Positions 1-63,750 of a stretch of DNA of 64,000 nt are shown piece by piece. The DNA lies in NCBI GenBank assembly GCA_963693365.1, contig CAVNZM010000004.1:7415093-7479092 (forward strand), given 5' to 3'. The notes under the pieces are model-generated. The model was not told where the DNA came from and did no database searches. It saw only the letters and a list, made by a program, of their open reading frames with translations. Within the stretch, counting starts at the first letter, position 1; each line of letters starts with the position of its first letter. This stretch comes from Amoebidium appalachense (taxonomy: Eukaryota; Protista; Ichthyosporea). Position numbers and translations under genes: made by a program.

Positions 1-36
1 CCACCCCCACCTCCCCAACCCCGGCTTTTTTTTTTT

Positions 37-67
<31 letters not shown>

Positions 68-365
68 TCTGCAGTCCTTTCTCTCCGGCAATGCATTGGC
101 AGGTGATGGTGGACTGCGCAAAACGCACTGTGATTCATTAATAGCGCATTGTGTTGGGCGATCTGTTATTACTAGTATGATGGTCAATCTGTTCATAATA
201 TAGCTTATGTGTTGTTGGGCCGAACGAACTATCTGCTCGCTGGTTTGGGAAATCTGTTATTAGCTCATGCAATAATTAAGCAGGGCAAACTATTGGTTCA
301 CTGTTTTAGGGCAATCTATACTTAGTCAGGGTGATCTATTATTAGCTCATAGTGCCGGGCCTCAG

Positions 366-4435
<4,070 letters not shown>

Positions 4436-5353
4436 GGGGGTTTTATTGAAATTTTTGAAAGCAAAAAAAAATTTTAAGTGCTTTTTAATAGCTGTTTTTT
4501 TTTTTATTTATTGGCTGGGTGGTGTATGAAATGCTTAAGTTTCGGTTAGCAAAAAAAAAAAAGCACCGACCTCTTTTAAATTATGAAATAAACAGGGGTG
4601 TCCTCTGGTTGTATTATTCTTTTAAGGTGTATTATTTATCTCTGTATCATTTTTTATTTCTCTTTTTAAATTTTTGTTTTAAACCGCCTATTTCGGCTCC
4701 TTTCGTAACCCTAACGAGTTGTTGGGTGTTTAAAGACATGACCGCCAATTGATTATTATGACCACCAGGCCGGTATTTAATGAGTGAGCAATTTTCAGTA
4801 AGGGGTGACCTCATTTCTGTAAATCAAAAACCATTTCGTATGGACCAATAAAAACCGATGAGTGACAACTCGAACCACTATGCCTAGCATCCTCCCCACC
4901 CTCCCCCCCCCCCCCCCTCCCCCCCCCCCCCTCCCCCCCCTCCCCCCCCCCCCCCCCCCCCCCCCCCCCGCCCCGTGTATAGGTGAGATTTGTCTCTGTG
5001 CCTCGAGTAACCCTCCCTGTAAATCCGTGGAGTAATACAGATAAACCACCATTCATAAGGGGTTTTCCCCACCCCCTGCCACTCGAAATTGAAAGGATAT
5101 TTCCAATGCATGCATTACTGATATGCATATTAGGTTTAGCCTGCCATGATCAGCCGACAGGTGACAGCCGGTTGAGTATGCAATGGGAGGCTCGAGTCAT
5201 CCGTAGGGCAGCGAGCTCGGAGAGCTGGAAAAGCGGAGAGGGGGGGGGAGAGGGGGGGGGGGGGGGGGGGGGGCTGACGATCTCGATATCGATTTGAACC
5301 AGAAGCCTCAATAAAAAAAGATTTGTTATGAAACTTGAAAAAAAGAAGAAAGG

Positions 5354-5385
<32 letters not shown>

Positions 5386-5854
5386 AGGTAGGAATAGAAC
5401 AACATGTTCTGGGCCAGGCGCGAAAAAGAAACCAATCCACAGTGTGATCACATACAAGATAAATGCAAAAAAGGAATCCTGGTTTGAAAGCCGTAAAAAT
5501 GTGCAAGTCTTAGTAATGGTTAATTAATATTATAATAGTCTTAGCTAAGAAGAATGTTTATCGAAAACCTACGATCCGTGAGCCCACCGGCCACAGCTAG
5601 GTGAAACCGGCTGGCCCGCCATGAGGTGTGGGGAGATTGCAGATTGCAACGGAGCTCAGTCTTTCAAAGCCTTCGGACGAGCTGCATATTTATAATCCAC
5701 CAATACATGGTATGATTTTATTTATTTTATTTGATTTGATTTGATTTATTTATTTCTGTTCTTGGGGTTGCGGGTGGAAAGATCCGGTATACGCATATGT
5801 TGCATGCATGGTGTGGAAGATCTTTCGAAGATCCTGATCTCGAGGAGGGGGAGG

Positions 5855-5904
<50 letters not shown>

Positions 5905-5979
5905 GTGTGTGTGTGTCCAGTGTCATGATCCAGGATTCATCCTCGGCACTGTGCTTGCTACCTGTGTGTGTGTGTATGT

Positions 5980-6015
<36 letters not shown>

Positions 6016-6574
6016 GGGGGGACGTTTCTTGTTGATCTATGTACAACGGTATGGCATGTGTACGGAGTCAACGATAGTAGAAAAATAACGGTGTATGTAG
6101 ATTTCCAAAAGGTGGCACGGCTTGTGGGCCGGATTACGAAACGCATGTTCATGGGACTGACGGGCGATTTTTTTTGGTACTTTTTAAACTTAACATATGT
6201 AGGATACTTTTATTCAGTCTTAAATCATCCTGGTTTGAAGAATTAGACTTGGACCGCGTGTAATTGACGACGTGATATTTAGAATGAGATCTACCCATCT
6301 TTATTCCTCACTCTGAAAACCAAGTCTCACGAGTGTGATTCTGTTTTATTCAAAACTTTTACAAAAAACACACAGAATTACATATACAGCGCACCCCGCC
6401 CATGCCAGACAGAGAGACGAGTACTGTTTTTTTTCTTTGGAGATACCTACTAAATCTGAACAAGCGAAAAACATTCCCTTGTGCTAGCAAAACAAGCACA
6501 CGCGAGGACACCAATAAAAAAGCCCAAAAAAACGCGAAAACCATCCACGCTAAAATAAAAAACCTTGCTGACCA

Positions 6575-6665
6575 GCAAACTACATTCCATTTTTGGCAAC
6601 AAACTACATCTACATTCCATTTTTGGCAACAAGCTACATCTACATGCCATAAATGGCAACAACTC
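6575..6665. repeat. Minisatellite, ~30-bp unit x3 (ctacattccatttttggcaacaa.ctacat)
   Basis: Directly visible in the intergenic region. Confidence 0.85.
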
Positions 6666-7640
6666 CATATCATATATGGCAAGCAACATCTCCTTTTCTT
6701 TAAATATTTATAGATCAGAGTGACTAAATTTTTCCCAAGGCTGGGCCAATGCTAGAAGGCACGTTCCGTCCGATTCGGTCCGATTAGCCATAATTGGTAA
6801 ATGGTAAGGCGTCACATATCGAACAGACATACACGTCCCCTGGCCACCCTTAACGTCTAAAAAATTCAAAATTCACGTCATTAATTGATTGACCACGATG
6901 CAATAGTTAGTGTAAGTAAATGAGCAAGCGCAGTCACTCTTCAGAGTTGAGGAGGTATTAAAAGTTAGTCTACATAACAGCCATGTTACCATGTGTGACG
7001 TAATGCTAGCACGTAACCATATTTGGCTCAATCGTTCAAGCACATTGCCAAATAAGGCTAAATCATGAGAGAAAACTACCTTCCCACACGTAACTTAACA
7101 CAAGTAGAGTGTATAGTTGTTGCACACACACACACGGAGGTGATCAGTCTCTACATGAGTATACTACCTACTAAGTGTGTACTTGATCGGGTTGCATGCA
7201 CTATCACCTAAGTATCACACAAGTGTCCACACAGTGCTTGGAGAGTCTGTTGCAACAGTTAATTATCAATGCTTATCGCATTTTCTGCTTATCGTTATAA
7301 CTCCCAATTTTATTATGTTACATGTGCGGGTTTATATACTCCGCCGTGATCCGGTCACCAGCCATCCAGGATGGCATCCGGGTTGATTACGTAATCCCTA
7401 GATCTGGATGGTGCGTTCCTAACCAATCATATGGCAGTTAGATATCACAATTCATCCTACGATCGATCACCTAGCCATCACACGAAAAAATGCGTACACC
7501 GCTGTTGGATGGTTACATGGTAAATATATCACAGACACGAATCATATGGTGATATTGGGGTTGTATATTCCAACAAATCATTCCAGAAGGTTAACATTTA
7601 TGGTAAAAACATTCCAGCGCACTACCATATAAGGTTAAAT

Positions 7641-28127
<20,487 letters not shown>

Positions 28128-30542
28128 GTTACCCACACCTCGTATTTCCCCCATTTTTTTCCAGGTGAACCGTTGCACCTAACTAAATGTCAAATACAAC
28201 GAGGGCAGCTCTGGGCCCTGCCATTAGAACTAGAAGACTCAAGACAGTCACCAACACACGAAATCAACAGGAATATTGTTGGAAAAAAGCTGAGATGAAA
28301 AAAACTGTAAGGCTACAACTGTCGACAGGGTACCGGTCTGCCTCAAGTTGGTCTGATGCAAAGTTCGAGCCTCAGGGTTCTATTCTAGCTAATATTGTAT
28401 CGTTCGAAGCATGTGAATAAAGATGCATCTATAGTAGTTTTAATTAGTAATAAGGAATATATGTTAGGGATGGACAATATATGACGCCACCGTTAGCATG
28501 CATACAGTGTGTGCGCTATAGTGGGCGTGTGTGGTCAACTGTGACAGGCACCGAGCAAGTGGGCGTTCCCATATCATCACGCGTGTATGTTGACATTTTT
28601 TTTATCCCAAATAGACCCGCGTGATTGGTCAAAACCAACAAGTATTTATTTCACGATTTATTGCCAACACTCAGCTGAGTGAGTTGGAGATAGAGAGTCA
28701 ACAGGCATTCAAGTTTAAACTTAAAGTGTCGTTTTGTAAATTTAAACATATAAATAAAAGATTTTTTGTTACATAAATGGTAGATCTCATAGGAAGAACC
28801 ATTTTTTTATTATGGAGAAAGAAGTGAAAACTCTGAGCAGTGAGCAGGCTTTGCAAACTCAGAGTGTACGTATACCCGGCCCGGCATTCCTGAATACGTG
28901 CGAAAGAATTCCAATCGCAATAAACAATGGTTTCGAACCCTGGACCTGGGTGCATTTTCTACAGGCGACAGAGGTGGCGGGTTTGGCGATCGAGAAAGAA
29001 CCCCTGGTTTCATAATATGACTGTTTTAGTTGATATGCATTATATTTTGGGTTCGCTTATAAAGTTTCTGCAGCGTAGACGGCTTGTAGCGGCCCAAAAT
29101 AGTTACAAGTGTACTTAGCGCTATAGCCCAGCGGGCTAAGAAAATATTTTACCGTAGCGCATGGTCACGCCGGTAATCATATACTGACGGTCTGTCAGAG
29201 TCACCCAACAACCTATAATCGCAGAGTTATCTAACGTCCGTTACTAGATGAAAATCACACAAGTAGATATAATGCTATGTTAAAATTTTCGTCTTTCCTT
29301 CTTTTCCCCCCCATAAGCTTTTAGGTTTCTATATAAACTGAGTGGCCCGGGCCTATGGCCAGGCCAGCGGCACACGAATTCTTTGAACGGCAAATATCAA
29401 ACCCTGTTGAACACCTAAATTCCTCGACTGTGTAGTCAACAAAAAGTGACCCGCGCATACGGAGGTGGCACGGAAGTACGGAAAAAAGTCACCCGCACAT
29501 GCGGTACCCGTATCCGCGTACTCGTACATACCGTATGATAGCCGCGCTAGCACTGCATTGCGCCAGGGCACGCACTGGCAAAAAAAAAACAGCCATCGTC
29601 CTGATCGATGATTTGCCGCAGTGTTGAGGCTCAAGACGTGTGTCAAATCATGATCATGATCAGTGATTTCAGATGATCGGGGTGAGCTGAGCCTGTCCGT
29701 CCGTTTGAAACAGTTGACTGCGGGTTGAACAGCTCGGAGACAAGACTGAGAGAGAGAGGTAGCTCAGTGACATACCGTGACCGCGGCGAGGTCCGTAACC
29801 TCAAACTTTCTTCTAACAGTGGTCAACAGCTATGATCATGATGCATAAACTTGTTTGTAGATAATAAGAATACAATACTATCTCAAGCTAGAATTTATTA
29901 TGGGCGGCCATAGACGGTCATGGTGCTGAGAACAGCTGCTGAGACTTGAATGACTCTTGGGCAAGCCTGAGGCCCGGGGAGCCTCCTCGGGGCAAGAGAA
30001 ACGGAGAGGCTTCGAGATGCAAACGGTTTAGAGCAGACGACTCAGTCGCGGAGAAGAGTGCCTCCGCCGGAGACTCAGTACACAGCGTGGGCCGTACGCG
30101 TGGCTTGAACACGTCGCACACCGCCCGTTACACGCACATGCACCGTGTACACATGTACGTGGCATACACACGCGAAGACTGATGATGACCGTCACCGGTA
30201 CGCACCGTGGCAACACACATACGCACACACGCAGACGCACCGTCACACATGTGTACCGTGACACGCACGTGTACGTGCACACGCCGGCGGCACACATTGC
30301 TCCCAGACACTGTGTATGATATTCACACGGCACACACACAAGGCACACACACACATGCCGCAGACACGCACACATATGCAACACACAAACTCACACACAG
30401 ACACCGCACACACACACGCACGCACAGACCGTCACGGTGTGACACCACGGCACACGGTGTCACACAAAATGACAGGCACATGTAACGCCACACTGTGACG
30501 TACACCGGTGCGCTTGAACACACACACACACACCGCGGCCGT

Positions 30543-30615
<73 letters not shown>

Positions 30616-30856
30616 GACGCCGTGACTGTGACACACGGCACACATGTACATACACGCACACACACACACACACACACATGTACACACACACGCACACACA
30701 CACACACGTATACCCTTACGCAAGGACACACACACACACACACGTGTACACATACACACACGCACACGGCCCGTACACCACTGTGACACACATGCACATA
30801 CACTGGTGTGATAACTGGTGTCACACACACGCACGCACACACACACACACACATGT

Positions 30857-30894
<38 letters not shown>

Positions 30895-30900
30895 CCCCGT

Positions 30901-30945
<45 letters not shown>

Positions 30946-31305
30946 CACACACACACACACAACGTGGCGCGCGCACACACACACAGTGTTACACACACAC
31001 ACACAAGGCACTTTAACGAATTTTTTGAGGCAAATTTACATTTACTAAGTAAAATTGTATAACGTTATGCAGGTTTGAGCATAACGTTATGCACGTTGTA
31101 AAAAAATTAAAAATATAATAGCTTGGGAACCGTTCAACCAAAATGCACCAAGTTTTCACAGTTAGTGTGTTGTTTTAACCCCTGCACACGTACACTGAGA
31201 TACCAGCAAAACAGTTTGATCTGCTCAAGCGATCACGAAAAAAACATGAAAAAACTTTTAAAAAACTTTAGGTCAAATTTTTCGGTAAAATCCCTTACAC
31301 ACACA

Positions 31306-31377
<72 letters not shown>

Positions 31378-31629
31378 GTCATACACACATCGTGCTGACA
31401 CTGGCACACTGGCGGACACTCACATTCATATAACATACAGACATCCGCACAACATTTTTAGACTCCGAGTTTGGGGCCACGGCCCTCCGCAGCGTTAGTA
31501 CCATATCGCATGTCACTCAGACTCAAACTGGTCACGAAAAGACATTGAAAGAAAAAAAAAAGAAAAAAAAAACCTCCAATGCGCTCGTGTGTGTAAGCCG
31601 GGAGGGGGCCGGGACTACCTGGGGGGAAA

Positions 31630-31680
<51 letters not shown>

Positions 31681-32212
31681 CTCTCTGGGAGGTGGAAAGA
31701 AAGAAAGAAAGACCGACTGAATGAAAAGACTTTGGCGGAAAGGAAGGGAAAATGAGAAGAGAGAGAAAAACAAAGGAAACAAGTCTCCTCGGACCGAATA
31801 ACTTCTCCTTCTGAGCTCTCCTTCTGGCTTAGTTTTACTGATTCTGTCACGGGAGGCTATGCCACAAAAATTATGTTTTTGGAGTGTGGTTCATTTTTTT
31901 CGGTGACCATGTTCTGCAGTTGCCCGAGAAAGCGTAGCCATAACATATGATTCCTGGACCGTCGTCACCATTGATATATATCGCGAGTTGTTTCGGTGTC
32001 CTGGTTCAATATTGTAACTTACATTTGCCAAGCTTGGCCGACTGTCGTCACTGCCTTATCCTTTCAATGAATCAGTAAGCTTAATGCATGCCATCTTTAT
32101 ATTGTATTTTTACTATCAAAGTACCGCAACGATGATGAAATACGTCTTTCCCGAATCCTTCCTCCTTCTCCCTTCATGATATGCAGGCGAGAGCTGCAGG
32201 CGAGACAGAAGT

Positions 32213-32256
<44 letters not shown>

Positions 32257-32346
32257 GATCAAAGGCCCTGGCCCCTGGGTTAACAAAGGGTCACTATCGG
32301 AAATATCATTAAACAAACAAAAAAAATGAATAAAAAGGAGTATCCA

Positions 32347-32386
<40 letters not shown>

Positions 32387-32549
32387 AGAAAAAGAAAGAA
32401 AGAAAAAAAGAGAGAGAGAAAAACTCCCCAGCTTGAGCTTCGCGATCGATCAATACATACTATGCTGCTAGATGAACAAAACGATTAGTAGGCTACATAG
32501 TATGCACAAGAGCCTACGAATCGTATTGTTCATGCACAGTAGGTTACTG

Positions 32550-32712
32550 TACGCGTACACGTGCAGCAGGGCACTGATGATGTACAGTACGTTGCAGGTT
32601 GAGCACGTCAGCTCCTAAGTCCTAACGACCGCGGTCCAATCAGCGCAGCGCGAAGAATCGACTAAGTAACCCAATCAGAAAGCGGATACCGATTTAGGTC
32701 CGCCAATCAAAC
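32550..32712 (+). promoter_or_regulatory. Putative promoter module: three CCAATC boxes at 35/32-bp spacing plus CACGTG and CACGTCA motifs
   Basis: CCAAT occurs at 32636, 32671 and 32703, about 0.9 kb upstream of the gene-3 ATG in the divergent intergenic region. Confidence 0.4.
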
Positions 32713-32820
32713 AGTCACCGTCATCTCCCGCCAACATTTTATTGGAAGTCCATTTTTATTAACTCGGGCCCTGCAGCACCCACGCCTATGCATACATGAA
32801 GTTAAATGGTCAACAGTAAA

Positions 32821-32824
32821 CAAC

Positions 32825-32876
<52 letters not shown>

Positions 32877-32895
32877 TAATAATAGTAATAATAAT
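32821..32895. repeat. (AAT)n microsatellite
   Basis: Directly visible. Confidence 0.95.
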
Positions 32896-33565
32896 AGGGC
32901 GGACACGTCTCTATCCCGCACTTGTTAGTCAATATTCGTTTAAAAATTTGTCCAGCCGGCGTTTATACTTATGGCTTCAATCGAAGTTGCCCCCACGCGT
33001 TGTGCACAGGCGGCGGAGGAGTATGGATGTATGCTGCATCACTTCTAAGGGCCCGGTAGCTCAAAAACAGCCTCGGACGGGCGCGCAGAGCGAGAAACAT
33101 AGTGAAAGCTGAAACCCCAGCCCCTCTCTAGTCCTTCCAATCTCTAGAGTAGCTATAGACACAGACCTATACATGTGGAGATTATGTAGACATTTCGTGT
33201 TCAGCATTGATCCTTGTGTCTATTTTCATCTTGCTTTTGAGGGATGTATATATTATCAACCGTGGGCCCCACTGGATAGCCTCTTACAGCAGTTGAAGCA
33301 ATAGCACTGCCTGAGTGGTAAAGGCAACCCAGATTTCGTTTTTCGAAAGAGATCCCGCCCTTCCTCCGGCCTTGGCAATGCATGTTGATAAGACACAAGA
33401 ATTCTTTGAAGCAAAGGCGCTCCAATATACAAATACCCACTTTGTTTGACGACATTGCTAAGTTGTTAGGTCCAGACTTTTGCAAGCACTGTTTTTTTTA
33501 AAGGAAAAACAGCACTAAAGCAGGAAAGTAGTACACCTATGTGACAAAACCATTGAGCTGCGACA

Positions 33566-57644
<24,079 letters not shown>

Positions 57645-58414
57645 CCAATCGGGTTCCAGCTTTGGTGTGTTGAATGTATACTTAAAAATATATTTTCCGT
57701 GACGAGAGGGGGCCCTCCCCCTCCCCCCTCCCTCCCCGAGACTCCACCCAAACCGTGACATATGTACACACACACACACACACACACATGCACAACTCCA
57801 CCCCCCCCCCCCCCCCCCCCCCCACCCCACCCCACCCCTTCAATCCCTCACCCAGTGCCTGTGGCCTCCCCCACTCCACGTTCACTACCCTGCGGTGCTG
57901 CTTGTATATCATGTATAGTATGTCGCGTCCAGAGTATAAAAATAAAGATATCATCTGTGTAGACGTCCGTGGATGAAAAAGAAAGACGTGCCAATATTGT
58001 TTAGCAGCCCACCTGACCCATGATTTTTTCCTTTCATTCCTTCCTTCCTCCCTTCCTTCCTTCCTTTCTTTTTCTTCATTCCATTGTTTCCATAACACTT
58101 TTTTTCCTTTTTCCTTTTTTCTTTTGCTTTCTTTCTTTTTCCTCCTTCAGTGTGAAGCATATCCGCTTACCAAGACGGAAACGTGCACCTGTTAAGACTC
58201 CACCTCGGACCCGCATCAGCCGATCGATTCTTCGGTTTATTTTGATATGCTTTTACTACCGACGGTTATGGAATCAGCAGAAACATGGACACGTACGTGC
58301 CCCCGGTACCAGCCCACCCATGAGCAACAACGGCACAGTGCAGCCTGGTATGTCCTGTGACACATACAGGCACACACACCGTGACACGCACACACATTCG
58401 CACGTGCGCGCGCA

Positions 58415-58449
<35 letters not shown>

Positions 58450-59489
58450 ACACGCACACACACACACACGCACACACACACACACACACAATCATATGCA
58501 TGTGTGCACCCTTCCACCCACACACGCGCGCACAATCATGGGTAAACCCACACCCACACCCGCACATACACAGACACACGTACACCTGGCTCTTGTTTCT
58601 GGCTTCTTTTCTGTAACTGTCCGCAACCACACACCCTAATAATCTTAAAAAAAAAAAAAAAGTGTGAATATACCAGTTTTTATTTTTATTTTTTTATTTT
58701 TTTATTTTTTATTTCAGTTGACACGGCGGATAGTATTGATGACACAGTGTGGCTACGCACATTCATGTCCCTGTACATATACATACGAGCCAAAACCAGT
58801 TTATGTTCTTCCTCTTCATTATGTTTTTTTTTTATTGGTTTCTTTTTAGTTTGTGTGTGCTTCATAGGTGATAGCATGTGTGAACCAAGTACTTGTGCAC
58901 ACATTACTGGAATTCAATTGAGGGCGATCGACGAAATCATAGGTGTACTAGTAGTACAACAGGTGTAGATTATGATTCAGATGTGGACGAAGAAATAACC
59001 AGGTGTAAATAGGTGAACCGTAATAATGATTATTGTTGATATCGTACGAAAATCGATGGTTCAGGTCGAATTCTTTCGGTGTAATAGGTTATTCTCCCGT
59101 TGCAAATACCCCGAGATTTGAGTATTCTGCCTGGTTTTTTTTTTTTCTTTTGATTTTCCGCAGCAAAGCCTGAGAAAATAATGTATACGTGTACAGATAC
59201 GTGTATAGGAAAGCTGTTTACTACACCTGCCAGCCTGGTGTGTGTGGAAGCATATATATCGAAAACGATTGTACATATGATAAGTGACACTGTGTATAGC
59301 ATTAATATTAACTGGATTGCAGATAGATCGAGACAAATAAGGTGCAAAGAAAAGAATTTGTTTGGATTATTGAAGTGTTTTGAAGAATAAAACAACATGA
59401 TCATGATCAGGATTGATTCGATGGTATTGCCCATGCACATGATAAGATATATGCTCGTGGTGTGTGTTAGTGTGTTAGTGTGTGTGCAT

Positions 59490-59567
<78 letters not shown>

Positions 59568-59654
59568 GTGCGCGTGTGCGGGAGTGCTTGTGAGGGCATG
59601 TGTGTGCCAGTGTGTGTGTGTGTGTGTGTGTGTGCATGTGTATGTACGAGTGTG

Positions 59655-59685
<31 letters not shown>

Positions 59686-62066
59686 CGCGCGCGCTCACAC
59701 GCGCGTGTTGCTTGAGCACTGAGTTTGTGTGTGTCCGTATACATAGTGTTTGCCATGTGTTTGTGCGAGGGTCTCTGTAGGTATGTATACGTCTTTGTGA
59801 CGACATGTGCGTGTGTGTCACGGACAGCCTTGGGTGTGAGTGTATGTGTGTATCTGCTGCACCGTGTGTGCGCACGTAACTGCCCATGCACACGTACACA
59901 TGTTGTTGCGCGCATACGTGTGTGTGCATGATATGTGGTGCACATGTCCAGGCATCTGAAGGTTGACCGTGTGTTCCAGCCGTGTGTGAAAACAGTGTAT
60001 TATTGGTGCAGGTAGTGTGTGTTCATCACGGCTGACGTGTGTGGTATACGTGTGTGTGTGTATGTGTGTGTGTGTGTGTGTGCTTCTAAATTGTGTGTGG
60101 TGTGTTTGCGTGTGCTTATGAGCGGGCACGTGCCTGGGCACGGTTGGGGGGGGGGGGGGGGGGGGGGGGAGGGGGGCGGGGAGGGGGGGGGGGGGGGGGG
60201 AGAGGGTTGCTTGTGTGCGTTTATGTGTATGCGTGTGTTTTAGGTGCGTATTACTACACGCCGTCACGTGCATAGGTACACTGCCAGGCTTGGGCCGGTG
60301 TCTCCGGGAACGAGTCTTCGGACGCTGCTGTTGTGTCATTATGCAGGTAACACTACATACGCCATAAAGATCCAGTTGCGATTGCACATTTATTCCGTGA
60401 TCATATCGGCAACAAAGACTCAAGTTAAAGATTCAACATGGGATACATACTGGTTCAACAAATGTGCTTCGATTTGCCATCGTCCGTTGCTCACTGGTCA
60501 AAATTGGTGTAAGCGGTTGATTAGTGTCTTGCATGAGTTGAAAAAACGCGATTTGTGCTAATGCTTGTTGTGCACGCTTGTGCTGTGTGTTTGTGTTTGT
60601 GTGCACATGTGCGTGTGTGATTGCGCGTACATGTGTACCAATGCGCGCATGGGTATCTCTACAAGGATCTCCAGGGATGGACGTCTTCTGAGTCCCAACC
60701 GTGGCAGCCATTGCCCAATGGCACATTTTTATGCATTGGCAGATGGCCGCAGTTCTCTTGCCAAATGCAAGGCAAGGAAGCTTCAACGAACCATATTTGA
60801 ATGTCCTTAACGTAAAGAGTTATGTAACCATTATGTTTTTGTTAGCCACCGCAAATTCGTCTCGATTATGACACACCATGAGACATCATTCAAGAGAGCT
60901 CCAAGCTCGAGGCCTCGCACAGCCTGCACAGTGATAGTATTCAAATTGCTATTCAAATCAAGGCGCCCGACTTTTGCGTTAATCGATTAGCCAATCATTG
61001 CAATTGATTATCGAGGCAGGCAAAAAAAATGAAAGAGTCTGATCCACAGTGAGATATAATATGCAATGCATGAGGGTTTTTGTTGCACTAAATAGCCCCA
61101 AAAATACCATGTAAGAATCATATAATAAGTTTTTGTATAAAAACTATTTCTGTCATATATGGCCGCGTTATGTGATGTTAATACACCGGCAATCACTGCT
61201 GGTTATCAAAATGTTGGAGATGGGTAAATTCCAAAGTCACGTGCCGTTTTACGCAGGCGCAAACCGGTGACACACTCGTTCATTGGTTGACCTCTGTGCC
61301 TTTGTGAAAGGCAGAAGGAAAAACAAAGTTGAAAGCAACTGTATATAACAAACTTTGTTATTCTGATTTACTGCAGTTAATCTACCACCTCTCCTTAGTA
61401 TTGACAACCAGAGCGCACTTTCATTTATAATAGAGGTTTCACCGATTAAAGAAAGGAGTAGTGTGTGAACTTAAAATCCGAAACAACTTGGATGCAGAAA
61501 CAAAGAAGGGACAGTGGGACAGCCTGGGGGAACAAACAAGGTGCACAGACAGGAGCAAGCGACACCTGTTTGCGTCAACTGTGCTCATCTAAGCTGGTCA
61601 ATAACTATTATAAAGCCGTTCTCGGTATTTTTCTCATTTCTTTCTGCCATGCAGGACACTTAGCTCTACCCATCATACATCCACCCTTGCCTCCGCGTGG
61701 ATTGGGAGGCTCACAGAAAAGGTTGACGACACAAGTAAGGCGTAGACTGTAGTGACTTGAACACAGGAGCAAACATCTGAACATTCGTACCTCGGTTCGC
61801 TCCAAACGTAAATAGGTGCCAAATCCTCTTGTGCTTGGGCACATATGGTTCCTGAGAAAACTGAACCGGTGGACCTTTGGGCTTTTTGATTCATTTTTGT
61901 GCCTGTCGTGCGATACCTATAATCAAGCAGGGTGCTACAGCCCCGAATTTTTCACCGGAATACCTACTCACACTCCACACACTGTCCTTTCACCTTGTCA
62001 CTCCTCTTCATACATCTAGCTAGAAACACACCATTCCGGAAACAATTTCACTCCTTCATAGCAAAC

Positions 62067-62529
62067 ATGTCCTCAGAAGAACCGAACGCACCAGAGCTTC
62101 CGTCTCTTACGGTAGAAGCGACGATAGATGAAACTATGGTAGCAGAGCCAGAAGAGACCACGACGGAGGAGGCGTTGACCACCCCACGGCCACCACAGCC
62201 AGCACAGGCAGGGAGGACCGGGCAGGGCCAGGGTGCAGCGAATGAGGTCGACCTGGGAGCTGCCTGGTGAGTTTTCTTTTTTTTTTTTCCCTCTTTTTTT
62301 TCTTTTCCTTTTTTCTTTTTTTGTTTGGGAGGGGGAGGGGGGGGGGGGGGGGGAGGTTGTGTGTGTGTGTGGCGAGGATGAGGGGAGATGTGTGTGGGGG
62401 GAGGGGGGGGGGAGGGGGGAGGGAAGGGGTTGCTGCGAGGGGCGTTGTCGGCCCTTTTTTGCATGTGTTCATGGCATTCATTATTGTGTTGGGTTCTTAA
62501 TGAGGTGAGTGTTTTTTAACGTGCCGTTG

Positions 62530-62574
<45 letters not shown>

Positions 62575-62913
62575 CGCCTCTCCCTCCCTCCACACACACA
62601 ACCGCTGCCGCTGCCACACAGGCCCACTGCCGCTTCCAAGCTTTGCTTTGTTGTGGTGCTTCCTTGCCTTGTGTGTCCCCATACATGTTCAGATGTACTA
62701 TTCTGTATTCCTCGTTGGTTGCCCTTGAACATTTTGCTGTGTGCCACTGCGTCATGTGTGTTGGGTCCCCCCCCCCCCCCCCCCCCCCCCCCCAAGTGTC
62801 TTCTGCCTGCACTCTTAAATTGTTTGATTTTGGATTTCCCACTTTTGTGACGTTTTGTTGTTGCTCTTTGTTGTCTCCTCCATATTTCCAGCCCTCTAAC
62901 GTTAACGCATACA

Positions 62914-62955
<42 letters not shown>

Positions 62956-63108
62956 CCCATACACACACACACACACACCTACTCACCCACGTGTGGGTGT
63001 GTAGGTGTGCGTGCGTGTGCGTGTGGGTGTGCTTGTTTCGCATGGTTATTTATTGTGTAAACACACTTTTTTCCTCGGTTTTAAACCCTCCAATGCAGAT
63101 TTCCTCGC

Positions 63109-63154
<46 letters not shown>

Positions 63155-63453
63155 ACCACCTCCCCCTCCCTCCCTCCCTCCCTCCTCCCTTTTTCAGCTG
63201 AACAGACACAACCTGAAATAGTGAGAATGGGGGGAAACTTAAAAAAAGAAACAAAACAAGAAACACTTGTTTGTTTGCTTCCAGGACACACAAATACATG
63301 CACCCGCAAACACAGGCCACACCTTGCACACAGGCACACATGGGCACTCAAGCACAATGTGCACCTCCACACACGGATGGCCACAACATGCCTGTGTGCA
63401 TAGCTCTACATAATAAGTAGCCGGTGTAATGACGAACGTCGTATCTACTTACA

Positions 63454-63489
<36 letters not shown>

Positions 63490-63710
63490 TCTCTCTCTCC
63501 CCTCCCCCCCCCTCCGCGTTCACACCCGTTCACACAAACACGTGCGCGCACGCACACGAACACACACACACACACCTATCCATACCCCTCACCCCCCCCC
63601 CCCCCCCCCCCTTTGCTCCATCAAAACAAAAAACTCATTAACCAGCATATACCAATATATATATATATATATATTAATACCAACCAATCCCCCTTCCCCC
63701 CCCCCCCCCC

Positions 63711-63750
<40 letters not shown>

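Noticed and set aside
4980-5700. Small gene downstream of ALKBH1 on either strand
   Set aside because: The exon-like pieces contain stops in the frames needed and have no recognisable motifs.
28900-28950. tRNA suggested by the T-loop-like ggtttcgaaccc
   Set aside because: No cloverleaf, D-arm or acceptor stem could be built.
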